Under the pieces are notes generated by a model that was given only the letters and a program-made list of their open reading frames with translations, was not told the DNA's origin and made no database searches. The position numbers and the translations under genes were made by a program. A DNA stretch of 64,000 bases from Ignavibacteriota bacterium (GTDB lineage: Bacteria; Bacteroidota; Ignavibacteria; UBA10030; CAVZMI01). Of this stretch, positions 19,857 through 29,777 are shown piece by piece (the stretch's first letter is position 1; each line of letters starts with the position of its first letter). The stretch is from positions 32,001 to 96,000 of the forward strand of contig CAVZMI010000028.1 in NCBI GenBank assembly GCA_963776275.1. The letters run 5' to 3'.

Positions 19857-21212
19857 CTACCTTTCTAATTTTGTCTCAATATTGAATCTGTGCAGTATCT
19901 GATTTAAATCTTCAAAACCTCTGGAACACTGTATAAGTCTGCCCTTGTGCTCTAACATAACATTAGCCCTGCCTCTCATACAATAAGGAGAGGACATCAC
20001 ATCGCCATAGGCGCCTGTATCGAGAATACCTAGAACATCCCCCTCACTAATTGTAGGAATTTTCCTGGGATGATTCTGAGTAAAGGTATCGCCGGTTTCG
20101 CATACATTGCCGTCAATGGAATAAACTATTAGAGGTCCGTTTGGATTCGAGACGTTGATTATCTCATGATATGCATGGTAGAGTTTCGGCCGTATCAATG
20201 TTCCCATGCTTGCATCGGTATATGCATGGAGAATGCCGCTCTTCTCTTCGACGGTATTCACCTTTGTTAAAAGAATCGTTGAATCGCCGACAAGACTTCT
20301 GCCGGGCTCGATGATTAATTTATTTATCCTGACGCCCTTCTTTTCTATCTCTTCACCGATTATTCTGGCATACGTATTGAAAGGAAAAGACTTTTGAGAT
20401 TTTCTGTACCTGATGCCGGGGCCTCCGCCAACATCGAGATTCAGGTTTTTAAAACCATGCTCCTGTAATTCATTCATGACATCGAGAGTATTTTGCAGGG
20501 CGATACTGAAGCTATCAACGTCGTTCCCAAGCCAGCCGGAGCCGATATGGATGTGCAGGGTGTCGGGATTAAAACCATACTCGCGGGCACTCAAAAATGT
20601 ATTGATAATCTTATCCTGCTCGATGCCGAACTTTATAGGAACACCGCCCTCATTTTTTAAACCGGCGGTAATGACATCCGGATTATGGCCGGCACCGACA
20701 TTAGGATTCAACCTGATCGAAAGATGCAATCCATGAATATTCCATTCATCTCTGTGCTCTCCGAGTTTTTTAAGCTGAGAATTGGAATCGATGTTGATTT
20801 TATAATTACCGGACTTGACAAGCTTTTCAAGATCATCTTTTGAAACGGAGGTGCCTGTAAACATGATTTTTTGCCGGGGGATCCCACGCTGCTCCGCAAG
20901 GACGGCTTCATTAGGAGAGACAACATCCGCACCTAAATCAAGTAGTGCAATAAGATCGAGAATCTGAGGACAATAGTTTGCCTTGACGGCATAATTGATA
21001 TCGACAACACCATTATAGTATTTTGCAAATGCATCCCTGATGAGTCTGGCCTTATCTTCAATCCTTTTTCCATTCGTAAAATATAATGGTGTAGGATTGG
21101 ACTTTGCCAGCTCATCTAAATCGTAATCGTTAAACGAGCGAGACCAGACCTTGTCGTTTCTGACATCAAAACCCTTGAAAAACCACCAGAATTGCTTGTC
21201 GGCCATAAACAT
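19857..21212 (-). CDS. lysA: Diaminopimelate decarboxylase
   Basis: YAVKAN, DVVSPNE, KFGI, HIHIGS, DVGGG, EPGR, VCETGD, DTGAYG. Confidence 0.92.
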   Translation of the reverse strand: MFMADKQFWWFFKGFDVRNDKVWSRSFNDYDLDELAKSNPTPLYFTNGKRIEDKARLIRDAFAKYYNGVVDINYAVKANYCPQILDLIALLDLGADVVSPNEAVLAEQRGIPRQKIMFTGTSVSKDDLEKLVKSGNYKINIDSNSQLKKLGEHRDEWNIHGLHLSIRLNPNVGAGHNPDVITAGLKNEGGVPIKFGIEQDKIINTFLSAREYGFNPDTLHIHIGSGWLGNDVDSFSIALQNTLDVMNELQEHGFKNLNLDVGGGPGIRYRKSQKSFPFNTYARIIGEEIEKKGVRINKLIIEPGRSLVGDSTILLTKVNTVEEKSGILHAYTDASMGTLIRPKLYHAYHEIINVSNPNGPLIVYSIDGNVCETGDTFTQNHPRKIPTISEGDVLGILDTGAYGDVMSSPYCMRGRANVMLEHKGRLIQCSRGFEDLNQILHRFNIETKLER

Positions 21213-21294
21213 CCCTTAAAACAATAATATAGTAAATCACGACGATAGAGACAATCGAGGAAGATGTAACCTCATTTCGTTCTCTTTATTGGGG

Positions 21295-22250
21295 TGTGAT
21301 TAATTAATTGGAGCGAACTAATTGGTAATATTATTGAAACGGAACGAGCGATTATTGCCATGAACTTTCCTGCCTGCCCGCCGGCCTGTCCGCCGAAGTC
21401 AGCTGTATGCTGACGAAGGCGGAAGTGGAACGAAGGCGTGGTCCGCCGAAATCCGCCAACCTGTCCGCCATAGCCGAAGGCGTAGGCGGAAGGCGGATGG
21501 AGGCGGAAGTTCGTATTGCCACGAACTTCAGTTCGTGGTTTCTTTCAAATCGCTAAACCACGAGGGTTTTAACCTCATAATTTTGGACCAATTATGCCCT
21601 TTGTAAGAGTCTGGATTCATCTCGTCTGGACAACAAAAAATCGTCAGCCAAATCTGGAAAAGAAATTCCGGGATAGGCTACTTGACCATATCCGTCAAAA
21701 CGCGAAGGTAAAGGGGATCTATCTAGATTCCATAAATGGCTTTATTGATCACATCCATGCTCTCCTTTCCATTCGTTCGGAACTTTCCATCTCCAAAGTC
21801 GCCCAATTATTAAAAGGTGAATCATCACACTGGGCAAATGAACTGAAACTCGCTCCAAACGAAATTGAATGGTAGGAAGAATATTTTGCGGTGTCGGTCA
21901 GCGAGTCGGATATAGGGATTGTGCGTAACTATATTCTGCATCAGGAAGAACACCATCGGAAAAAGACATATTCTGAAGAGTACCAGGAATTTATGCAGCA
22001 ATACCACGGTGAGTGTGGTGGGTTAAAACCCGCGGGAGAGGGTGAAGATTCAATTGCCACGACCTGAAGGTCATGGCAACAGCTAATATTAGCAGCATGA
22101 TGCAGCAATACCACAGTGAGTGTGATGGATTGAAACCTGCGGGAGAGGTGGGGAGATTAAATTGCCACGAACTTTAGTTCGTGGTTTGTAAAAAGAAAAA
22201 TAGATGGGTTTTAACCCTATATTAAAAAGCCGTATGCTAAATATATGGGG
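21295..22250 (+). mobile_element. IS200-like (HUH Y1) element with REP-like hairpins
   Basis: tnpA flanked by gccacgaact(t/c)agttcgtgg, gggttttaacc / gggttaaaaccc and gccacgacctgaaggtc hairpins; ends approximate. Confidence 0.75.
21594..22067 (+). pseudogene. tnpA: IS200/IS605 family transposase with premature stop
   Basis: IHLVWTTKNR, DHIH, LKGESS; W-TAG at 21873 where WQ is expected; frame continues EEYFAVSVS...NYILHQEEHH. Confidence 0.9.
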
Positions 22251-22282
22251 ACTAAAGTCCATTTGAGTTTGGATTTTATTTT

Positions 22283-22470
22283 CCACGACCTGACCCCACT
22301 GGATCCCACGAACAACGTGGGGCCGTAAAAAGCACGGAAGCGTGGGGCGTAAATCCCACAGGCCCCACAAAAAACGTGGGACCGTAAATCTCACTGGAGA
22401 ACGTGAGACGGAAAAAAACGGAACACGGAAACGTGGGACGGAAAAAACCCGAAGCACGAGGTCGTGGCAA
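22283..22470. repeat. Degenerate short repeats inside a REP-like hairpin
   Basis: Five copies of ~a(a/g)cgtg(g/a)g(g/a)c(c/g)g(t/a)aaa between the arms ccacgacct and aggtcgtgg. Confidence 0.6.
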
Positions 22471-22515
22471 TAGCTAATAATAACAGCATGTCGTGACAAT
22501 AACAAAACGCGCAAA

Positions 22516-22552
22516 AATGAAAATGCCCGGAGAATGTCCGGGCGTTTTCATT
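22516..22552 (-). terminator. Intrinsic terminator-like hairpin
   Basis: aatgaaaatgcccgga-gaatg-tccgggcgttttcatt, 20 nt past the stop of 22572-22994. Confidence 0.65.
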
Positions 22553-22571
22553 CTAGGATACATCCCTCGTT

Positions 22572-22994
22572 TTATGATGAATTCCTACCGCTTACGGCAA
22601 AACTCCCTTTATTGGCTTTTGTTTGAACCCATTTCAATATGTAAAGAAAAGGTCTTGGTGTGTTAGCTTTAAAATTAGCAGTCAGGGTTTGAGTGTATGA
22701 TTTTTTTCCAGGAGATTGATTCGATTGTCCTTGAGTGCCTACACTTCCTCCCGGTAATATTTTTATTAAAAATATGAAAGTACCACTTGCCGGATGCGGA
22801 CCACCTTGTGAAAAATCGAAGGTGAATTCGCCGGCAGCATTTGTGATGCATTGAGCAATTAGTACATTACCTGCTTGTAATTTTACTGTTATAGGCACAT
22901 TTGCTACGCTCAGTTGTGCCTGGCTTATGGTATAGCAGAATAACAAAACAATAATCGAAAGTATTAACAATTTGAATTTGTTTGAAGTAGACAT
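22572..22994 (-). CDS. Hypothetical secreted protein
   Basis: AAGGAG RBS; signal peptide ending SQA; beta-rich TNAAGEFTF segment. Confidence 0.65.
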   Translation of the reverse strand: MSTSNKFKLLILSIIVLLFCYTISQAQLSVANVPITVKLQAGNVLIAQCITNAAGEFTFDFSQGGPHPASGTFIFLIKILPGGSVGTQGQSNQSPGKKSYTQTLTANFKANTPRPFLYILKWVQTKANKGSFAVSGRNSS

Positions 22995-23376
22995 AATATC
23001 ACTCCTTTTCCCAATGTAAATAAAACAAAGATAGATAATCGTACATCGCGGTTAAACGAAATGCTTGACATTATATCTAAATGTTACGAAAGCAGGGAGT
23101 AAATAGCAACTATCATCGGGAGGATCGATTCATGCACAAAAGTAACGAAATCAAGAAAGTGATAATCCTATATAATTACGTAAGTTGGAGCGTGTCGGGA
23201 ATTGCAAATGCATCGGATTTTTCCCTTATGAAATCGCCTTTGTTTCCCGTCGAAATTCTTGTGCTTGCTTTTCATCTATATCTCGTTTATTTTTAAAAAC
23301 AGCAGGGAATTTACTCAAAGAACAACGAAAAGATGATCAGGATTGGACCGGAAGGAAAAGCGAAACAGGGAAAAAT

Positions 23377-25789
23377 ATGGAAAAGGAAATCGGCGAAAAT
23401 GGAAAAGGCCGGCAATTTTTTTCTGAACGACTGACCCATGTTTTGGATGCCATTAATGAACTCTCTAAGATCGGATCATTCGACGAATTGTGCCGCCGGT
23501 CGGTCGAACTGGCCATCGAGCGACTAGGCTTCGATCGTGTTGGTTTGTGCTTCCTCTCTGAAGATCGGCAAACAGTACTGGGCGCCTACGGCACGGATGA
23601 AAACGGTCACCTGCGTGATGAGAAACACCTCAGAAGACCCGTCAAAACTACTCCCACCGTCAAGAAATTATTGGAAGAACCGGAGCCAGTCCTGTTTTTC
23701 GACAAAGAAATTTTGTATAACGATAAATTAGACCAGGTCGGCATCGGCAACCATGCGGTCGCCAGATTGTGGAATGGAGAGAAAATTATCGGCATTTATG
23801 CCGTGGATAATCTTATTCATCGAAATCCCATCACAAGCGAGGATCTGGAAATATTAGTCCTTTATGGCACGGCGATGGGACATCTATTCACGCTCAAACA
23901 GACAGAGGAAGCTCTCAGGGAAAGTGAAAGCCGTTTCAGAACATTATTCGAGCAGGCTGCAGTGGGCGTGGCGCAGATTGAGACTGTCACAGGAAAATTT
24001 TTGAAAGTTAACCGGCGATTCTGCACAATCATAAGTTATTCGGCGGAAGAGCTGCAAAATCTCACGCTGTCGGAACTCACCCATCCCCAGGATCGTGAAA
24101 CCGAACAAAAAAACTTGCAGCTTTTGACTAAAGGAAAAATTCGAGACTATTCGATGTACAAACGCCTTCAGCATAAACGTGGTCACTTCGTATGGGTCAA
24201 CCAGACAATTTCGTCCATGCAGTCCACCGCAGACGACGGAATACAATGTCGTTGTAGTTCAGGACATTACAAAGCGAAAACGTGCGGAAGAGGCGTTACT
24301 CGAAAGCAGCACGTTCAACCAGCTTTTAATGGAGACAATACCGTTTGGTATGGACATTGTCGATGAGAATGGAAAGATACTCTTCATAAACAAAACTCTG
24401 AAGGCTCTGATAAATAAAGACGTTCTCGGACAGCAGTGCTGGTCTTTTTATAAAGACGACAACAAACAATGTGTCAACTGCCCTCTCCTGTATGGAATCG
24501 AATTCGGGAAACCGAAAATTCTCGAGGTCAAGGGGGTACTGGGAGGAAAAATCTTTCAGATAAGTCATGTCGGGATGATGTACAAAGGGAAAAAGGCAAT
24601 GCTGGAAGTATTTCAGGATATAACGGAACAGAAAAAACTGCAGAACGATTTATTCCAGGCACAGAAACTGCAGAGTATAGGCACACTTGCCGGCGGTATC
24701 GCACACGATTTCAACAATATCCTTTGTATTATTCTCGCCTATGTAACGTCAATGCGTCGGTTAAAATTGAGTACGGGAAATGATATTGAAAGTCTTAATG
24801 CAATCAGTCAGGCAGTACAACGTGGAGCAGCATTGGTACGTCAGGTACTCACATTTGCCCGCAAAACCGATGCCGTGCTTGAAGTGATCGATATCAACAG
24901 CCTGGTGCTCGAACTTCTATCGATGTTGAGACGTACCTTCCCCAAAATTATCACTTTTTCGGAACAGTTGGGGGGAAATCTTCCCTTCATCGTTGCTGAC
25001 CATTCGCAAATACATCAGGCATTACTCAATCTTTGTGTGAATGCCCGGGATGCAATGCCGTACGGCGGTATAATTATCGTAAAAACGGAATCGCTTACAA
25101 AGGAGTATGTAGCCGAAAAATTTCCTTCTGCAGGCTACAGCAATTATATTTGCATCAGTGTAACCGATACCGGAGAGGGAATGGACGAAACGACGCGCCA
25201 GAAAGTGTTCGACCCGTTCTTCACGACAAAAGAGAAAGGGAAGGGGACAGGACTCGGATTGTCTGTCGTGTACGGCATCATGCAGGCGCATGATGGTTTT
25301 ATCGATATGGAAAGTACACCCGGCCAGGGCACTGCTTTCCGGCTCTTTTTCCCTGTCCCGGTCGCAATAGACGAATCCCGCGAATTACTGAAACCGGATG
25401 AGAGATACGAGACTGGAGGAAAAGAGACCATTCTACTTGTTGAAGATGAAGAATCCCTTTTAGAAACGGTACGCCTCATGCTCCGATCTTACGGCTATAC
25501 AATCTTGACGGCAAAGGATGGCAGGGCAGCGGTTGATACGTACGTACATCATCAAACCCAAATAAATCTAGTTATAACGGACATGGGATTGCCGGGAATA
25601 ACGGGGGAGGATGAATTCAGAGAATTGAAAATGATAAATCCGGATGTAAAAGTAATTCTCGTCAGCGGTTATATTGATCCGGATTATAAGTCCGAACTTC
25701 TCAAGCAGGGCATTTACGATTTTATTCAAAAGCCGTACAGGTTGGAGAGTATTCTTAAAAAGATTCGAAATGCGCTGGATACAAATTAG
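23377..25789 (+). CDS. Hybrid sensor kinase (GAF-PAS-PAS-HisKA-HATPase-REC), frameshifted at ~24235
   Basis: RFRTLFEQAAVG/THPQD PAS; AGGIAHDFNN, NLCVNARDAM, DTGEGM, GTGLGL; receiver LLVEDE...TDMGLP...QKP. Confidence 0.9.
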
Positions 25790-25846
25790 AAGTTAATAAC
25801 CGTCGAAGAAGAATCGTGTAGGCAGGTTATGCCATTTCAGGAAGAT

Positions 25847-25871
25847 GCTCCCGGATAAGGGAGCTTTTTTT
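25847..25871 (+). terminator. Intrinsic terminator
   Basis: gctccc-ggataa-gggagc followed by T7. Confidence 0.65.
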
Positions 25872-25931
25872 ATGCCAATGATGGGCATCTTTCATTCCGA
25901 ATGAAGAAACAATCGGAAACGGTCTGGCTAT

Positions 25932-26164
25932 TGTGATTAATTGATAAGAGCGAACCAATCGGTAGAATTATAAAACGGTTCGAGCAATTATTGCCACGAA
26001 CTTTAGTTCGTGGGTTCCATCAAATCACTAAACCACGAGGGTTTTAACCTCATACCCTTGGACTAATTATGCCCTTTGTAAGAGTCTGGGTCTATCTCAC
26101 CTGGACAATAAAAAATCATCAGTGTAATGGGTTAAAACCCGCGGGAGAGGGGGGAGATTCAATT
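25932..26164 (+). mobile_element. Internally deleted copy of the IS200-like element
   Basis: Matches 21295-21647 (leader, hairpins, atgccctttgtaagagtctgg), then jumps to gggttaaaacccgcgggagagg (cf. 22020). Confidence 0.85.
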
Positions 26165-26232
26165 ACTTGCTTTCGAAATGTATATTGAATATTTTATTGA
26201 AAACTCCCCATCATCCATCTTCTTTGAGGTGA

Positions 26233-27315
26233 ATGGCCATGAAGAAACTCCGGACAGTTGTATTCCTGCTTTTCTGCCTCATCATCATTCATCAGGGTTA
26301 TGCGCTTCCGCGATTTACCTCGAGCGCATTTCTGAAATGCCAGAATTGCCATATCGATCCTAACGGCGGCGGAATGCGCAATTATTATGGCGTCATGATG
26401 TACGGCCGACAGACTCTGCCTGTCCACAGTTGGACGGATGACTCGACCATGCTGAATTTCACGCCCCGGCTGAACGACTTTATAAGTATCGGGATGGATA
26501 TGCGAACCTTGTTTATGTATCAACAGCAGCGTGACTATACCTCTATGTATCAGATGCAGGGAGACATTTATCTCAACGCACGCATTTCAAATAAAATCCT
26601 TATTTCGGTCACAAAATCGATCTTTCATGATTTTGAGATATTCGGCATTGCTCAGATTCTTCCATTGAATGGTTATGTGAAAGTAGGAAGGTTCACTCCG
26701 GCTTATGGAACAAGAATCGACGATCATACCGCTTTTATCAGATCAAAAACCGTGTTCCCACTGTACCGCAGACCCGATACCGGTTTCGAGGTAGGAATAT
26801 CGCCGACATCGCTCACATGGAATGCGGGTGTGTACAATGGCGAAGACGGCAGCGATCCTTCCAATGGCCGGATCAGACTATTTACCACGAGAGGCGAAGC
26901 TCTTTTTCGGATTGAGAATATCAACATTTCCCTCGGCGGATCTGTCTGGTCTAATAAAGGTTTGAACGGTACCCTGACAATGTACGGCGGGTTTGCCGGG
27001 CTCTATTATAAAGATGTCGCCATCAACGCCGAAATCGATATGAAGAAGGATAAAGCCGGACCGGGAACGCAAGAACTCATCACCTATCTGGAAATAAATT
27101 GCCTTCTCCTGAATGGTTTCTATTTAAAATTCATGTATGATTTCTACGATCCGGACATCGATTATAAAACTGGAAGCGAATCGAGGTATAGTTTAGGTAT
27201 AGAATTTTTCCCGCTGCCCGGTGTGGAAATGCGTCCGGTATTTCGAATATTGAAGAATACACCCGGAGATGCACATGATAAGGAGTTCGATTTTCTTGTC
27301 CATCTCTTCCTGTAA
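26233..27315 (+). CDS. Monoheme cytochrome c - porin fusion (Cyc2-like architecture)
   Basis: Signal peptide, LPRF...CQNCH at the mature N-terminus, amphipathic beta-strands, terminal VHLFL. Confidence 0.7.
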   Translation: MAMKKLRTVVFLLFCLIIIHQGYALPRFTSSAFLKCQNCHIDPNGGGMRNYYGVMMYGRQTLPVHSWTDDSTMLNFTPRLNDFISIGMDMRTLFMYQQQRDYTSMYQMQGDIYLNARISNKILISVTKSIFHDFEIFGIAQILPLNGYVKVGRFTPAYGTRIDDHTAFIRSKTVFPLYRRPDTGFEVGISPTSLTWNAGVYNGEDGSDPSNGRIRLFTTRGEALFRIENINISLGGSVWSNKGLNGTLTMYGGFAGLYYKDVAINAEIDMKKDKAGPGTQELITYLEINCLLLNGFYLKFMYDFYDPDIDYKTGSESRYSLGIEFFPLPGVEMRPVFRILKNTPGDAHDKEFDFLVHLFL

Positions 27316-27329
27316 ATAGCGGAGAACTT

Positions 27330-27995
27330 ATGATTTCTCGATGGAACTTTTTCCCGATCGTTATAAGTGGTGCCCTGATCATCATCCTCTATACCTGCAA
27401 AGATATGGGGTCAGAACCCACAGCTAATGGCCCTCAGTTCTCCGCCGATAGTATAAGTCTTCACATTGCAAAAGGATCTTCGCGGCAAGTGACACTGTCC
27501 GGTGGAAAACAGCCATACTCGATAAAATTACAGCCGAATACTGCGGTTGCAACGGCATCATTATCTTCCACACTTCTCACAATTTCAGCCGTGGATACCG
27601 GAAATACTTTTCTCGTGTTGAATGATAGTAGTACTCCGGCACCCGATACTGTGAAAATTTCAATTGGTGTGTTTGCAGCTACGCCTCTTTCTACCGTTCA
27701 TTTCTCGACGCAGGTACAGCCGATTTTTAATAGCTATTGCACAAGTTGTCACGGAAGCTACGGAGGGTTATCGCTTGCGCCAGGCTCAAGCTATACTAAT
27801 CTTGTGAATGTGCAGGCGCAATCAAGCTGCACTTCATTGAAACGGGTTTTACCCAACGATGCAAACAATAGTGTTCTTTATCGAAGGGTAGCCGGATCAA
27901 ACTGTGGCAGCCGGATGCCGCAAGGAGGCAGCCTCAGTGCGGGGGATATTTCGCTTATTCAGACTTGGATTAACGAAGGAGCAATCAATAATTGA
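27330..27995 (+). CDS. Putative lipoprotein with C-terminal c-type cytochrome domain
   Basis: Lipobox-like LYTC; VQPIFNSYCTSCHG...RMP...LIQTWINEGA. Confidence 0.8.
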   Translation: MISRWNFFPIVISGALIIILYTCKDMGSEPTANGPQFSADSISLHIAKGSSRQVTLSGGKQPYSIKLQPNTAVATASLSSTLLTISAVDTGNTFLVLNDSSTPAPDTVKISIGVFAATPLSTVHFSTQVQPIFNSYCTSCHGSYGGLSLAPGSSYTNLVNVQAQSSCTSLKRVLPNDANNSVLYRRVAGSNCGSRMPQGGSLSAGDISLIQTWINEGAINN

Positions 27996-28172
27996 GTGTC
28001 AATGGCTCTAAAAGTTGAAGGTTTAAGGTTGAAGGTTTCAGGTTGGGAGGTTTAAAGTTTAAGGTTCATGAGATGATTCTGGATAATGGCGACTGTACAG
28101 AGAGAGTATTCTGCTTCAGTTGGAAATGGATTTTTTGGCAATTAAATTAAGATAGAAGCCAAAGGAGAACCT

Positions 28173-28481
28173 ATGAACCAACGGAAACAGATATCGGCCC
28201 AACAAAAAGTTATTATTCTCCGGGAACACTTGGAAAACAATGTTCCACTGAGCGAGTTAGGTGAAAAATATGGAGTTCACATCAACCTTCTCTATCGGTG
28301 GAAAAAAGAGCTTTTCGAAGGAGCGATTGACACCTTCGCTCGAAAACATGAGAAACAATCCAAAGCAGAGACACGAGCCGCTGATCGCCTCACCGAAAAA
28401 CTCAAAGCGAAGGATAAGCTCATTGCTGAGCTTGTCGAGGACAACATCCGGTTAAAAAAAAGTCTCACTGGCGACAATTGA
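28173..28481 (+). CDS. IS3-type transposase OrfA (HTH)
   Basis: HTH LSELGEKYGVHINLLYRWKK plus coiled coil; poly-A/G slippery run near 28455, with OrfB in the -1 frame. Confidence 0.88.
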   Translation: MNQRKQISAQQKVIILREHLENNVPLSELGEKYGVHINLLYRWKKELFEGAIDTFARKHEKQSKAETRAADRLTEKLKAKDKLIAELVEDNIRLKKSLTGDN

Positions 28482-29470
28482 ACGATTGTTGGGTCGACAT
28501 GGACATACGTGATAGTGTCATCGAATACGTTCAGATCATACATCAAAGATCGAATATATCGATCCAGAGACTTCTAAGCTGGATCGGCATATCACCCAGC
28601 AAATATTATGACTGGGTCGATCGTTGTGGGAAAGCCAATAATCACAATGGTAGCATAGTCAAAGAACACTGGCTTTTACCCTGGGAACGAGAGGCAATTA
28701 TTCGATACTACAGCTCTCATTCCGAAGAAGGATATCGCCGCTTGGCCTATATGATGCTCGATGAAAATGTCGTTGCCGTCAGTCCGTCGAGTACCTATCG
28801 TGTGCTGAAAACAACAGATCTGTTTAATATGTGGAATACAACACCAAAGAACCCGAAAAAGAAAGGATTTGATCAACCGACAAGGCCCCATGAGCATTGG
28901 CATATCGATATCAAATATGTAAACTTTCTTGGAACATTTTTATTCTTCACGAGCATCATCGACGGATTTTCTCGTTATATTGTCCATCACGAGCTTCGTC
29001 TATCGATGCAAGAATTTGATGTACAATTAACTCTCCAACGTGCTTTGGAAAAATTCCCCGGGGTCTCTCCACGGATTATTTCGGACAATGGGACCCAGTT
29101 TATTGCAAAGGAGTTTGGTGAATTCTTACGGTTACGAGGTCTACAACATGCACGGACATCAATCGGCTATCCTCAGAGTAATGGCAAGATCGAGCGATTT
29201 CATCGATCGCTCAGTGAAGAATGTCTTCGAACATCAAGCTTCATTGATCTGAACGATGCTCGACAACAGGTTGCCACCTATGTCGAATATTACAACACTC
29301 ATCGTCTTCATAGCTCGTTGTATTACCTGACCCCAGAAGATTTCTTGGTCAACAGAATCAATAGTCGTCTCAAAGAACGTGATGAAAAATTATATCAAGC
29401 TAGAGCCAATAGAATCCAACAACACTCCACCAGCTGCGTTTCAAGTTATGCGTTACACCTTAATTCATAA
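28478..29470 (+). CDS. IS3-type transposase OrfB (rve DDE)
   Basis: WHIDI, IDGFSR, SDNGTQF, PQSNGKIERF, YNTHRLHSSL. Confidence 0.92.
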   Translation: MNDCWVDMDIRDSVIEYVQIIHQRSNISIQRLLSWIGISPSKYYDWVDRCGKANNHNGSIVKEHWLLPWEREAIIRYYSSHSEEGYRRLAYMMLDENVVAVSPSSTYRVLKTTDLFNMWNTTPKNPKKKGFDQPTRPHEHWHIDIKYVNFLGTFLFFTSIIDGFSRYIVHHELRLSMQEFDVQLTLQRALEKFPGVSPRIISDNGTQFIAKEFGEFLRLRGLQHARTSIGYPQSNGKIERFHRSLSEECLRTSSFIDLNDARQQVATYVEYYNTHRLHSSLYYLTPEDFLVNRINSRLKERDEKLYQARANRIQQHSTSCVSSYALHLNS

Positions 29471-29777
29471 AGCTGTAATTCCATTTTCCGCTGAACCAGT
29501 ACAAGAGAGGTCAGGTCTCAACTGTCACTGCAACTATCGAAAGAAATAGCTGCATTAATTTCGTACCTTAAACGGTCTCCCATTAAAGGCCACAAATATA
29601 ACAACTTTAAACTTGAAACTTTAAACCTGAAACTTTAAACATCTATCCTCATCTGTTTTTTCTGTAACCAACCGGGATAACGGATTGACATATTTAAGGG
29701 GGTATTGTGGTGTGAGAAGATATTCTAATCCGTAAACCAGACACTATTTTGCTAACTATTTCTACAAGGAGCGCTCT

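Larger units (their letters stand above)
28107..29503 (+). mobile_element. IS3-type insertion sequence
   Basis: Imperfect 25-bp terminal IRs (tattctgcttcagttggaaatggat / ttccattttccgctgaaccagtaca); AGAGAG duplicated at 28101-28106 and 29504-29509. Confidence 0.9.
28012..29640 (+). pseudogene. Internally deleted four-helix-bundle element with heptamer-repeat flanks, interrupted by an IS
   Basis: 28086-28106 and 29510-29605 match the 5' end, middle and 3' end of gene 32919-33326; heptamer tracts at 28012-28066 and 29603-29640. Confidence 0.85.

Noticed and set aside
22089-22514. 141-aa minus-strand ORF
   Set aside because: Runs through hairpins and degenerate repeats, with low-complexity translation.
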